This document shows, in pieces, positions 25,246 through 38,954 of a stretch of DNA of 64,000 bases. The stretch comes from Mobula hypostoma (lineage: Eukaryota). Below the pieces are notes generated by a model, which saw nothing but the letters and a program-made list of their open reading frames with translations, ran no database searches and had not been told where the DNA came from. Every line of letters starts with the position of its first letter. The stretch's first letter is position 1. The DNA lies in NCBI RefSeq assembly GCF_963921235.1, contig NC_086097.1, positions 195,922,001-195,986,000 on the forward strand. Reading direction: 5' to 3'. Position numbers and translations under genes: made by a program.

Positions 25246-27619
25246 AAAAACTTTTTTTTTGCAATAAAATACAGTACATTCTTTTTTTAAGGAATTGGAC
25301 AGTTTTATCAAAATAGCAATTTTCTATGCAGTGATATATTAGAGAATCTGACAAAGAGCTTTCTTTTACCAGTGCTTCTTCAGGACACGTGCCCAGTTCG
25401 TAAGAAAATGTTTGCTTGGCACAGTATGTGTGAAATAAAGCAGACTTTTCATTCATATCTGTTTTCTTGGCTAAAATTCATATGTATTTGTGGAAGGCTT
25501 GAATTTCTAGCTCTGGTTTCATTGATAGTGTTAAATTTCTTCATTCTGTTATTTTATGGTTATACAGTAGGATGAAAGAGGATCATTCAGATGTAGTTCC
25601 AAATGTGAGGCACTCAAACTACTTAAAAATGACAGCCATTGCTGGCTGTAAGTAAGCAACAAACCCCTAATCCTGAAATGGATACCAATGTGTATTGCTT
25701 ACATGACCCTGTGTAAAATGATATTTATATGAATTTAATATGTAAGCAAATAGCTGTTTTGCATTGAAGTGGATTATTGTCACCTTTTAATAAAGAATGG
25801 TATTGAAGCTGATAATTTAAAATAATTTTTTGTGTGCACTGTATATTTTAGAACAAGGGTGTATTTTTTCTTTAAATTGTGCTGCGTAGCTTTTGAGGGA
25901 ATAAAAGTCCAAAAGAGTATATTTATTAGGAAATTTTTCAACAAGGTTTGATGCTGTTTTGTTTCTCCGTATCTTTGCTTCCTTTGGAATTACTTTTTTA
26001 ATGCACATTCCATAATTCTTCATTTCTTAAGGGCCATATCAGAAGGAAGGCAGAATCAGTGATGAAATTCAGCGCAACCTTTGGTTTTCTCAGAAAATGG
26101 GTATTTGACGATCAAAGTCTCAAATCTCTCCCTCCTATGCCAAACCTATTACACATACTTGAAAAGATTGGAGGATCACATTGGTGCTATCCATGCAAAA
26201 TCCTTCACATTCACTTGCAGATAAATGAGTTAATGTTAACGTCCTTCTCACACCAACAATCCCAACATTGAAGCCCAATTGAACTCAGTTTGCACAATTT
26301 GAGAGGTCACACCTGAGAATCGACTGAAACAGCCTTTCTATTTTGAGCTTTGTTACCAAAGGAATTACCAAGTGGAAAAAATTTTAAGGATGCCCTCAGA
26401 ACCTCATAGAAGAAAATGTAACAATTCCACTAGCTCTTGGGAATCCTTGGCCTATGACCACTCTGAATAGAGGAAGATAACATTTGGAACCCCAAGTCCA
26501 TGCAATAAGAACAAGTATTAATGTGGATAGAATGCACCAGCTCTCAAAGAAACAACCATCCACCCTTGCCTTCTCCTCCTGTGGCAAAAGAACTGAAGTG
26601 GAAGCAAGTGGTCTTTGATCCATTAGATATTTTTTTCCAAATCAGGATAAAATGAGTATTGGCTAGGATCATGTAGGTGATGGTAAATGCTTGCAATGTA
26701 CCCAGAACCCCTCCATGAGAAAAATAATTAGGCATTTATAATCCTTTGACAAGTTGCTGGAATCTGTTCTGTTCCTGATGGAAATAGTAGCCACTGGGTG
26801 CAGTTGATGAAAGGAATGAACATTTGGGGGAAGTTTGTGTACCAATCAAACCAGATTATTGATATAGCTCATTTACTTAAGTTGACCATTATGACCAAGG
26901 TGTATTGTAATATGCTTTAAATATTTCAATCAAAGGATAAATGCAAATTTATATAAGCTGGTATGAATCATTTGTAACCCCATGGAATGTTACTATTGAA
27001 TGTTAGTGTTTGAAATTTCTACATGTAGCTTTCTAGAAATTACTGGGCATCTCTGCTAATAAGGTAAGCATTTTAGTTTGTGTGGAATTTGATATGTGTG
27101 CCTATGTACATACTTGTTCAAACACGCTGGAGTAATGTTGGCATATACATACATAGCAAAGTGTTGCCTGCTTGTCTGAACATTGATACTATTTAAAAAC
27201 ACAGATTGGGAGATGTTTGTCAGAAAGAAGAGATTACGTTTTGTTAAGGTGAGGGCTTCTGCATTCTGTTATATAAAATGGTGGGTTCCAGGCCCCAGAT
27301 ACTTGTTGAACGAAGGACATTTTCTTCACCTCCTCTCTAATCCTACCTTAAATCCGTGCTCTGCTAAGGAAAGTAGGTTCATTTCATTTTATCTGACTAG
27401 GCGTCCCATGTTAGTCATCAGTTTAATAAATTGTCCTTTTATGTCAAGGAAGTTACTCTACCTAACCAGCTCTTCCACATAACTCTTAATTCATAGTCCT
27501 CACAGTGCCCTTTATTATCTTCCCTGTTTCCTTTTTGTTTTCACATTCTTGTAGTGTCATGATCAGAATAGTACATAATACTTTGGCTTTGGACTAACTC
27601 GTGTTTTATGTATTTCTAG

Positions 27620-27815
27620 AGCAACACCCACAAAATCCTGGAGGAACTCATCAGGTCACGCAGCATCTATGGAGAGGAATAAACAGACATTTCAGGCTGA
27701 GATGGATGGTCTTGGCCAGAAACGATTGTCTATTCTTCTTCATTGGTACTGCTTGACCTACTGAATTCCTCCAGTATTTTGTGTATGTTGCACTGGATTT
27801 ACATCTGCAGAATAT
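27620..27815. repeat. Inverted pair of Penelope terminal fragments (about 190-bp imperfect palindrome)
   Basis: CACAAAATCCTGGAGGAACTCA...CAGCATCTATGG on the left, mirrored by CATTGGTACTG...TGAATTCCTCCAGTATTTTGTG on the right. Confidence 0.7.
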
Positions 27816-28689
27816 CCTGTGTTTATGCATTTCCAGCTTGACTACCTTACTCTTGCATTCTTTACTTCAGTGATTAAAGACAAGTGTCTCATTTACTTTC
27901 GTAACTATATTATGCATCTGATATGTTACTTTCAAAGACCTCTGCAAGAGTACACCTCTAGATTTTGTTTCTCTAGATTTCTTCTCATTCTGCCCTTTAT
28001 TTGTCATTTTTGCCCTCCCAGATGTATTGCCTCACACCTCTCCAGATTGAATTCCATTTCGTGCTGATGTTATCACCAGGACAGTCTTTTGGTATTCTGA
28101 TGTACCCCAGTATTTCTTTCTTTATCAGCCACTGATAATTTTGCTATAATTGGCAAATTTATTAATTGTATCCCATACAGTTATCCTGAATCATTTCTGT
28201 ACACCAGGCAAAGGTAATGGATATTATACTGAGACCTTTCAGACCCTATTACATAGAGCTCTCTGGTTGACAATACATCAACTATTATTGTCTTCTTCCA
28301 TCGAGCCTTTTTTAATCCAACTTGTTGCTTCTCCTAGTAACTCATGGTGTTATAATTTCTGAAGGCATCAACCAAATGAGATTTTGATAAAATGTACATA
28401 TACTATTTTAAATGCTCTACTTTCATCTTTGGCCTTGTTACTATCTCACAGTTTATTCAAATTGATTATCTACAACCTTTCTCTAGTTCACCCCTGCTGA
28501 TTTGTCCTTTATTTACTTCTATTAAAATGGAATTTATTCAACACCATTTTTGTCCAACTAGCATGATTCTTACTCTTTCCTCTTAAAGATGTAATGTCAA
28601 CAATATTCCATTTTACAATGAAGCGTCAAAATTGTTGATATCAGCTGAATGATATTTTACTATTGTGAAACAATACATGGATCAAAACT

Positions 28690-29270
28690 GAGGAATCGTC
28701 AATCATGAATAACATGGATATCGAAGTTCACATCACCTTCTGGTACGCCAGCAGACTCTTTAGTAATCTGAAGAAAAGAATGTTAGAAAATCAAGTTGTC
28801 AGATCCAGCACAAAGCTTGTGGTCAAACAGGCAGCAGTGATTTCTATCCCCTTCCATGCATTGGCAATATGTACTCCTTGCATCAGCATCTCAAAGCCTT
28901 GTTGATACCACCAAGACTATCTCCACAAAATCCATTGATGCCTGTATCCTATTCCCAGGCCAGCATCCCCAGCTCTGGAGGCCTAAATTACACGCATTGT
29001 GCTCTGGTGGTTAGGCCACATCATTCACATGCCAAATGCCAAACTTCTTTTCTAAAAAAAAGACACTGTTCCAAACTTTGTCATGAGAAGTTGTTACTGG
29101 ATGAATGGAGAGAAAGATTTAAGGTTCTTCTCAAGCCTCATTGGAAAAAAAAATCATCCCCCTTGACTTAAGGAAATGCCTGTCTATAACTCTTAAAAAG
29201 GAAGGAGGAGGTTTTACGATGATATTGAGGACCTGAGTCCAAAGCATAAACAATGGTGGAAGTAGCATAC
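28690..29270 (+). mobile_element. Decayed RTE LINE 3' fragment
   Basis: ORF 28705-28905 resembles an RTE C-terminal region (ASRLFSNLKKR...STKLVV). A similar remnant lies at about 26270-26630. Confidence 0.5.
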
Positions 29271-29279
29271 TACTCTTTT

Positions 29280-30187
29280 CGGCTCTTCAGTTGTCCGCCG
29301 AAATCCGATGACGACGTCCACTCCTTTAACAGCGAGATCTTTGTTGACTATACAGTCCTTTCCTGGACCCACAAGCTCAATTGCAGATGGGACATGTATA
29401 TGTGGTAGTGGTGGCAACCATGGCTGCATTTCTCCTGGCTCTCTTCTGCTGTCTTCTGGTTGTTCTTTCCATCTCCAGAATACGAACCCCATCCCTACAC
29501 AGCTGTCGCCAAGTGGTACAGTCAGCAGCAACATCCTCCAGGTCCTCAGGTCTGATCTTGCACTTCCTTAAAGCATTCTTCATCTGATCCTTATAGCGCT
29601 TCTTCGGCCCTCCAGCTGAGCGTCGACCATGATGTAGCTGGCCGTATAACACTCAGCGGGTTAGCCGACATGGGGGCATCCTTATCACGTGCCCCAGCCA
29701 CTGCAGCTGGGTGATCATGGCCTCAATACTTCTGCAGTTGATCTTTACAAGTATTTCGTGTGAGGCATCCGCTCACACCAGGTAATTCCCAGAATGCGCT
29801 GGAGGCAGCTTAAGTGGAAGCGCTCCAAGAATTTGATGTGACGGCTGTAGGTTACCCAAGCTTCACAGATATAAAGGAGGGTGGTGACACAGACCTCTTG
29901 GTATACAGCAACCTTTGTGGAGGGACGAAGGCTCCTGTTCTGAAAGACACTACGCCGAAGTCTCCCAAAAGCAGCTGATGCCTGTTTAATGCGGCTCTGG
30001 GTGTCGTTGTCAATACCACTATCCTCAGAGAGAATGCTCCCCAGATATTTGAAAGATGGCGCTACTGACAGCTTTTCATCACCAACAGTGAAGGCAGATA
30101 TAGTGGGTGGGACACTGGTACTCCATTGGCTGTCCATTGGTACTCCACTTCTGTCTTGGTGGTATTGACAGTCAGCCCCATCCTGCA
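29280..30187 (-). mobile_element. Younger RTE LINE 3' fragment
   Basis: ORFs 29745-30188 (FKYLGS, RIKQASAAFGRL, TLLYICEAW) and 29377-29652 (LYGQL..GRRSAGGPKKRYKD, CPIC). Confidence 0.9.
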
Positions 30188-30754
30188 TACTAACTTTGTT
30201 AGTGACTGCTGGTCAAAACTTGGATCTCATTGACCATCTCAGAATTCAAGAAACTTAAGTGGAAACGATTTGTGCAGGGAAGAAAGTGGCCATGCTCAGG
30301 GAATTCAAAACTATGCAGTTGAGGAAGTGCTAATTTTTTTTTACCTCAGATGGGGAATAATGGCAGTATGATAATTCAATTTTAATGAAGCTGCATGAGC
30401 ACTTTATAATCCACAAATGTTTGTAATTTCTTTCAAAATGTAACGTGTTTTGTGTATTAATCGAGGTGAAATTATCTCAGGAAGGGGTCACTTTGAGATT
30501 CTTCAAGATTTTTTTAAATTGCAGATTAATGGCCTTGAGAGTAATTGGAGTAAAGTGTTGGGTTACATCAATCCATGAAGTAATGTTTTACTATTATACT
30601 TAACCATAATTCTGGCCAGTAATTGCTAGTTTTGAATCTGTTTTATGTCAAATATATTCTCGCAAGTTAAAAGCTGTATATTTATTTGTATTAACTGTTC
30701 TTGGAATTGTTGCCATTGAATTGCCTATAAACTGGTAAATGCTGAATTTAAGAT

Positions 30755-31030
30755 AAAATTAAGATTAGCTTTATTCATTACACGTGCATTTAAAGTGTTT
30801 TGCATCAGCGATCAACACAGTCCAAGGATTGTGCTGAGGGCAGCCCACAAGTCTCGCAGTGCTTCCTGCGCCATCATCGCATGCCCACAACTTACTAACC
30901 TTAACCTGTACGTCTTCGGAATGTGTTTGAAAGCCCACATGATCTCAGAGAGAATGTACAAACACCTTGTAGACTGCAGCAGGAATTGAACCCTGATTGG
31001 TGATCACTAGCACTGTGATTATGCTGTCGT
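30755..31030 (-). mobile_element. HE1/V-SINE-like tRNA-derived SINE, decayed
   Basis: Reverse complement carries CCGAAGACGTACAGGTTAAGGTTAG, similar to 54373-54400, and an AATAAAGCTAATCTT tail. Confidence 0.5.
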
Positions 31031-31569
31031 CCTACCTGACCCAACATCTTTAATTATCCTGTATCAAAGAGCAGAAACATCTATTTTGCTCATCTCTGAT
31101 ACTATAATTGGGTGTTGTGCAAAATTGTTGCTGTAGTTTGGGATTTATTGGTGCCCTATTTCAGTAATTTGATTGAATTTTTTAATCCGCTCTGAATTTC
31201 ACTAACGTAAGCAATCTTATTAGGTGCTTGTATTAAGTGTAGTTGAAGCAAATCATTTTTTCAAAATTCTCAGATTGACAACTTTTTTCTAGTTCTATCA
31301 TTATTACAGCAAATTACAATTATTGTATCAAGTGGCAGTGTTTTCTCTATATGTATCCAGTGAAATCAGATTCTTGTTTGAAAATAGTAGAATTTGAATC
31401 TCTTTCATTATCCACTATTAATTAGCAGATTTGAAAATGTAAAATTGTAGAGAGACATTGTTTGGGAGGTTAATATATCAGTGATTAGAAATTTTTAAGA
31501 ACCCTGTGGTTTATAACACTTCTGGTTAGATGTACAATGAGGAGCTCACAGTAAATCTTTACCTTTATT

Positions 31570-32060
31570 CAAAGTTCAAAGTACATTTATTATCAAAGTA
31601 TGTATACATTATACAGCCTTGAGGTTCATCTTCTTTCAGGCATCTACAAAACAAAGAAATCCAATAGAACCCTTTTTTAAAAAATGAAGATCTTTAAACA
31701 CCGTGCAGAGGGCAGAAACAAAACACATTGTGCAAACAATAAAAGTAAGCAAATAGTTTCAGAACTAAAGTTTTACAAAAGACAAGAAGCCAGGCATCAC
31801 TGCAACTAGGGCAAGCCACAGCCTTAGTTCAGCATAGAGCAAGTAAACATTGTGAGACCGTAGGTGCAAAGCCAGACATTACTGCAGCCAGAGTGGGCCA
31901 TAGCCTCAGTACAGCACAGAGCTGAGTAAACATCGCGGAGCAGCAAACAGAACCAGTCCTTGCCTCGCCTCCGGTCCCAACACCCTGACTTTTTCAATGT
32001 GGCCCGGCACATAAATTATCCAAATATTGAGTTGTTTCTTGCTCTTGGTTGGCTTCAACC
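31570..32060 (-). mobile_element. Non-autonomous element with a Rex-type tail and an internal tandem repeat (about 82-bp period)
   Basis: TTCAAAGTTCAAAGTACATTTATTATC tail; repeat units begin at about 31787 and 31869 (AAGCCAGRCATYACTGCA...GTAAACAT). Confidence 0.5.
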
Positions 32061-34719
32061 ACACCGCCATAATTAAACCTCTACCTGACAGCTAATTGAA
32101 GCCGCTGCTTAATTGGGCTAAGATGTATTAGTCCGGATGTGTGCCAGTTAACCAGAATCCTCTGTATTTAAAACAAGTACAAAATAAATTTATTGTCAAA
32201 GTTCATATATGTCACCAATATCAAGTGGTATTACTACTGTTCTTCCTAATTGCTATTGCAACTTATTCTCTCACGCCCAGCAACTTGCTTTGATTTTCTT
32301 TTTTTTTTAACCATTGATATATACTGTGCAGTCTCTTAACTGTAGTCAATTAACCTATTGTCATGTCTCAGGTATATGGAAGGGAACAGGAGCACCCAGA
32401 GAATTTACAGGCTTCACACAGAATGTCCAAGGACAGGATTGGATTCAAATCCTTGGAGCTGACAGGCAACAGTGCTAAGTGCTACACCATCATACCCACC
32501 TAAGTGGTTGTAAAATGTTTTGGAAAGCTAAGGTTGTAAAAGATGTGTTTTTCTGAATTGAAAGGATGATCCCAATTTCTTCATCATCAAATTTGGCCTA
32601 TTTATATCGAAGTTATGATATATTTCAGCATATACCTGAATTCCCACACTAGTGCTCCGTTACTTCTGGATATTATTGTCCTGCTTGTAAACAACTGAAA
32701 TGGCAAGTTCAGAGATTCATGTATTATCATGCCATGTGTCCCTTTACAACTCTGGAATTTGTATTCTCCAGGTAGCCACCAAACAAAGAAAGAACATTAA
32801 AGTCATTTGGAAAGAAATACCACCCCTGCCCCTCCCCCGTACAATTAAGAACAGCATCCCGATCATCAACCCCCTCTCTCCCCGTGCACAAAACAGAACA
32901 GGAGCATCGACCCCCAGAAAAAACAACCCCACCCCACAAAATACTAACAGAACATCATCCCCCAAACATCCTCCCCTCGCACAACAGAATGGAAAAGGAA
33001 TGGGCAATTTAAAAAAATATATCAAATCCGTAAGTCTGAAAAAGTCCACAGTCCATAAACACAATAGTCCAATCCATAAACACAGAACCACGATACTATC
33101 CTGCAATATCATCAACATCAAAAGAGAGGCATCACACGAGGCAGAGAGGCGTACCCACCTGCCACAGCGAGCCACACAGTGATAGGTTGCTCATAGACTC
33201 TGTCTCCGGCAGCAATCAAAAGGTAGGCTGCTGGCGCTGAAACTCTGGCTCGCCTTCTGCATTCACCCTAACGCCTCAATCTTCCTTGGCACTTTAATCA
33301 GTGAAATGGATTTGAACATCGGCTCACGTCCCGTCTCAAAGTTTCTTCGCATCGAGGCCATCCTTCACACTGTTGTTTTAATTACTCTTTAGTGCCACAA
33401 TATAAAGGTACAAGCTTATAAATGCCCATAACTTTTGATTTTTCAATCCAGTGATTTCAACATTTGACAATAGACGTTTGATTTTGTATTTATAATACTT
33501 CGAGCCATAGGAAGTCACTATAGTTAAGTTCAAAGCAAATTGCTGATTTGTAGGATAGCTACAATTCATACATTCGAAAATTTGCACTTTGCCAATGTTT
33601 TGCTTTTTGATTTAAATACAACTATGTGGTGAAAACAGTTGTATTTTTCTGATAAATTCAAAAAGTTTCAAATCCTTCCAATAGATCATTTGCTTTGTTG
33701 TTTCCCACCATGAACAATGCAAAGCAATGATGGAAGCATTAATCAGGCCTATAAGCAGTTTCCAAGCTGAAATGATCTATGTACAGTTTAACAGGTTTTG
33801 GTGAAATGTCTTCATTTTCAAAAGGAAAACTAGTATATATGCTTGAACTTTAATTATTAGAATTAGGTGGATGAATAGTAGGAATCTGCACTTCGTGAGC
33901 TTTGTAAAATTCTGTAAATATTTCAATCATTTAAATGTTATTAAGTTCTGTAAGTACAGTATATAAACTTCTTGAAAGAGTCGGCTGACCTTGCAAGTAA
34001 CTTTGTATGGAGTTGAATTGTGTTTACTATGTAGCCACAGTAATGTGTAGTGAGACAGTACAAGATGTTCATTGGAAATTGTTACTGTATTTTTCCAGTA
34101 TTCAAAGGATGGATTAAAGTAAAATGTTAAACATTAATTATTTCTGGGTCAGCATCTTTCTTTTCTGAACTCGACAATGGTTTTGGCAAACTCTCTTATT
34201 TTCCCTGATCAAAAAGTCCTTAGCTTGATATCTGCTGTTGTAGGTAATTAGCTTTTTCAAGCTTTTCTTTGGAAAAAAATTATAATGTCATAATAGGAAA
34301 AAACATAAACTTGTGCACATTTGCAGAAGTACACACCAGTGAGCTAAATTACTGTTGGGTGGAACTTGATACTTAATAGCTGTCAATACATTCTGGGAAA
34401 AGTTATTCAAATGCTCATCTGATCCTCCCCAATTCATTAGAGAATGTGTAACAAAAGTTAATTTAGATTATACATCTGATGACCTTGAAAAGAGGACATT
34501 CATTGAAGTATAATTATTATAAGCTTTCTTCATAACTGAAAGTGGAATTGGAAATGATAGCGTCCAAAGAATTTAACTCCTAGCATGATGCTTATTATGG
34601 CAAAGAAACACGTCAATTAATGACGTCAAATAGAGCCATAATTTTTTTTTACCATCTAACTTCCTGCAGCAAAGAATGAAGTTGATTGACTACAAACCTT
34701 TTCCATATTCAAAGCTTTT

Positions 34720-35700
34720 TATATGAATATAAGAAGTTTAAGAGCCAATTTTAAGAGGGAAATCAGTAGGGCAAAAAGAGGGCATGAGATGGTTTTGTCA
34801 GGCAGGGTTAGAGATAATGCCAAGAAGCTCTTCAGTTATATTAACAATAAAAGGATGATTAGGCAGAGACAAGATGCTCTTAAAGACCATCAGAGCTGCT
34901 TATGTGGAAGATGACTGAGATTTTTATTGTCAATTTCTCATCTCTAAGGGAATATCATGGATGATGAAGAAAAAGGGCAACAAGGAGTGAGGTCTTGGAA
35001 TATATGCATATTATGAGAAAGGAAATATTTGCAGCTTGAAGTAAAATCCCCAGATCCTGACCAAGTATACCCACGGACCTTGTGGGATGCTTGCTTTACT
35101 GTTAACCTCTGGTGATGTTCCAGAAGACTGGAGAGAGACTGATGTTTCATTATTCAAGAAGGGTAGCAAAGACAGGTGAGCCTGACTTCATTTGTAGGGA
35201 AAGGTTTTGGAGGGTATTCTGAGGGACAAGAGCTACCATCATCACTTGGATTGTCAAGGCCTGGTTAGGAATAGTCAGCATGATTTTGTGTGCGGGCGAT
35301 CCTATCTGAACTCCAAGTGTTTTCGAAGAGGCAATTAAGGGGATAGATGAGGGTAGGGCAGTTTATGTCTACATGCAAGGCCTTTGACAAAGTCCTACAT
35401 GGCAGGCTGATTTCAAAGATTAGGTTTCATTTGATTCAGGAGAAGCTAGTAAAGTGGGTTCAGAATTGGTTTAATGATAGGAAGCAGAGAGTGATGGTTG
35501 AAGATCGATTCTTTGACTGGAGGCCTTTCAATATTGGAGTGCCCTGGGGGTCAGTGCTGGGGCCTGTATTCATCATTTGTTTAAATGATTTGGATATAAA
35601 TGTAGATGACATGGTTACCCAGTTTGATTATGCTAAATTAGGGGATCTTGTTGATAGTGAAGCAGGTTACAATGAATTTTAAAGGGATCTTAATCAGGTG
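34720..35700 (+). mobile_element. CR1 LINE RT fragment
   Basis: ORF 35347-35682 has KAFDKVLH, RKQRVMV and GVPWGSVLGP. Confidence 0.85.
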
Positions 35701-35707
35701 TTTTGGT

Positions 35708-36230
35708 GTACAGAACAGTACAGGGTCTTTGGTCGACAAGGTTGTGCCGACCTTTTGACCTACTCTAAGATCAATCTAACCTTTCCCTCCCACATAGCCC
35801 TTTTTTCTTCCACCCGTGTGCCTGAGTATCTTAAATGTCTTGAACGTATCCACCTCAACCACAATCTCTGGCAATTCCATGCATTTACCACTCAGTGTAT
35901 TTTTAAAAAATACCTATGACATCTCTCCATATATTATTCCAATCACTTTAAAAGTATGTCTTACCACCCTGGAAAACAAGCACTGGCCATCCACTCTATA
36001 GTACATCTTATCATCTAAAACATCTCCATCAGTTTCTTCATCTTCCTTTGCTCCAAAAAAAGAAAGCCGGAGCTCGCTCAACCTTGCCTCATAAGACATG
36101 TTCTCTATCCAGGCAGCATCTTGGTAAAACTCCTCTGCACCCTCTCTAAAGCTTCCACATCTTTCCTCTAATGAGGCAACCAGAAGTGAACGCAATAATT
36201 CAGGTGTGGTCTAACCAGAATTTTGTATCC
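35708..36230 (-). mobile_element. CR1 LINE 3' end
   Basis: ORF 35914-36195 has MSYEARLSEL; CR1 3' UTR and tail at about 35710. Confidence 0.75.
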
Positions 36231-37249
36231 TGTCCAGAGTTTTCATTCTGCCAATGTTATTCAAATAATATTAACTGATCTAATCCCATTTTCTTGCTAT
36301 TGGATCATAGCCTAATTCTCTACAGCATGTGTAATGTGTATTTGCCGCACTTTTAGGTTGTACATTCCAAACTCCATGTTCATTTTGTTGAAAATTCTTA
36401 GATATCCTTATGTTTATTCCTTTATTGTTGGTATTTGGTAAAAAGAAATCGAACTAACCATCCACTGTCAAGATGTGCCAACTTGATATTTAATTTAGAG
36501 GATGTAAACCTGGCAGTCCTCAACATGGCCACCAGCCCTCATTAATCTTGTGGCACCATGTCAAGTATAAGCATCATTGACTCACCCACAGCTGAAAAAT
36601 TCTTACTTCTGAATGTTGAAGAGAAACATCAAAATAGCAAGGTTGCAGAATAGAAACTAGGCAGAAGACAACATACATCGGTATGTCCACAGCAACTTTG
36701 GTATTCCATCATAATCTGTGGCCTCCTGGTGTATCATATTCAATATACCAATGAGCCAGGGAAACAACCCTTGTTATCTGAAGAGCATTTGGAAAAGAAG
36801 AATAAATATATCTAAAACTGAGGAGTCAAAACTGTTGAATTTGATGCAATTAGCAGCATCTATTTTGCAACTAAACAATCCCATAACCAATGGGTTTTTC
36901 TTTCATATACAGCTGGGATCAGAGAGGATGCACAATCCTCTTATGTGGCACCTTGTCAAATCTTTTTGGAAATCTAAACACACGAGATCTGCAAATTCTC
37001 TTTGATCAATTTTCGCTGTCACATCCTTGAAGGTTTCAAGCAAATTTAACAAATATGATTGCCTTATTGACTCATTTCAATGTTCACCTTTCCTAAATTA
37101 ATTACTTCCTCTTTGACAGTTAACTCAATCATCTTACCAGCAGTGGCATGCCTTGGAATGTGAGAGGAAACTGGAGCCCAGAAACGAAACCCACAGGCTC
37201 ACAGATGTTCCATAACTCTGCCACTGTGGGGAATAATAAAATAAGGTGA

Positions 37250-37777
37250 AAGGGTTTTAGATGTTTATTTTTTAATGTCTTGTGCATTAATATATCGTAG
37301 AAAAGAGCAAATTTTAGATTTCCAAATGTTCATTTTCCAAAAAATTCAATGTTACAGAGAATTGTATATTTCGTTAACATAACACATTAAGTGATAGACC
37401 ACTGTTCAAATAAATACTTGATTACTTTGTAGGTATATAGCTCAGTGCCTGATTAAACAAAATAAACAGGTGCTAATGATCAATGACATAATGAGGTGGA
37501 TGAACTAAACTGATTAGCTGAAACAAAAACAGGTGTGGAAGAAATCAAACTGGGCGAAGACAAAGGACAAACAAACTAAAGAGTGAGAGTGTGGCAAATG
37601 TGATAGGTTAAACTTCAAATCATCAATTCTTACACCATGGCAAGAGTGAGTATAGCAACAAGACATAGGTGGTCATCCTGCATCAGCAAGGTCTCCCAAG
37701 CGAAAATTTTGCAGCAGACAGGAGTTTCAAGGTGGACTGTCCAAGCTCTTCAGAAGAAGCATAAAGAAACAGGCAAG
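37250..37777 (+). mobile_element. Tc1-family transposon, 5' part
   Basis: ATG at 37637 begins a frameshifted paired-like HTH region (MARVSIATRH...SQAKI.QQTGVSR..VQAL.KKHKETG). The 5' TIR is not clearly preserved. Confidence 0.7.
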
Positions 37778-38954
37778 ATGAGGCCTCCTCTACCCAGCAT
37801 CTTGATGGCAAATGTGCAGTAGCTGGACAACAAGATTAAGGACCTTGGGGCAAGGCTGCTGTGTCGAAGAGAACTGAGAGTCTGTTGTTGTCTATTATAT
37901 GCTTGATTGAAATGTAGCTTTCTCCGGGTATGCCAGATACAGCAATCAGACCCAAAGGCTTCTTGATTTACCGAATGCACTGAACTGCTGAGTTGGGAAA
38001 GGCAAAAGGAGGAGGTGTGTGTTTTATGATAAACCCTTGTTTGGTACTCCAATGTGGCAATTTTGTCAAACTCATGTTCCCCCGACCTCAAACTCCTAAT
38101 GGTCAAATGCTGTCCATTCTATTTACCTAGGGAGTTCTCCATTATCCTGACCGTAGTTTACATACCACCAGTAGCCAACTACAATCAAATGCTCTGATAC
38201 TGCATGATGCAGTCTCCAAACAAGAAGCAGCCCATCCCGACGCATTTCAATTCATAGTCAGACACTACAGCCAAGCTTGTCTGAAGAAAGCCCTGTCCAA
38301 TTACTATCAGCATTTAACCTGTAGCACCAGAGGTCCCAACATATGACCGTTGTTATACTAAAATCAGAAATGTCTCAAATTGTTCCTTGCCCAGACTGCA
38401 TTTTGGTAAATTGGATCACTTGGTTGTCCTCCTACCTGCATACAGGCACAGGATAAAGAGCAAAGCTCTAGGGATTAGGACAAGGAGGTGGTCATGAGAT
38501 GCAGAGGAGTGGCTATGGGATTGCTTCCAATCATTGGACTGGGCCATGTTCAAGGATCATTCAGCGATCTGAATGAATACACCATGGTTGTAATGGACTT
38601 CATTAATACAGCTTTAACAAGTATGTCCCCACTGAATCGTTCAGAGTTGACCCCACTCAGAAGCCCTGGATGAACCATGAGATCTGAAATCTGCTGAGAA
38701 CCAAATCAGAGGCATTAAAGTCTGGTGATCAAGAAAGTTACAAGAGGACCAGGAATGATCTCTGGAAAACCATCTCACGGCCAAAGTGGAAATTCGAGAC
38801 CAAAATTGAATCAACAAAGGACGCTCGACAATTGTGTTGTGGCTTGAATACTATCACCTCTTTAAAGTTAAATCAAGCAATATGGGAGACAGCAAGGCTT
38901 CGCTTCCGGATGAGCTTAATGCCTTCTATGTTCAGTTTGACTGATCAAAATAAT

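Noticed and set aside
27037..27063. Possible 27-nt exon ending at AAG|GTAAGC
   Set aside because: Strong donor but weak acceptor tract and no other support.
32060..32170. Pogo/Tigger-like terminal sequence (a similar case at about 56810-56870)
   Set aside because: Only one end is visible, with no partner TIR or transposase; too weak to annotate.
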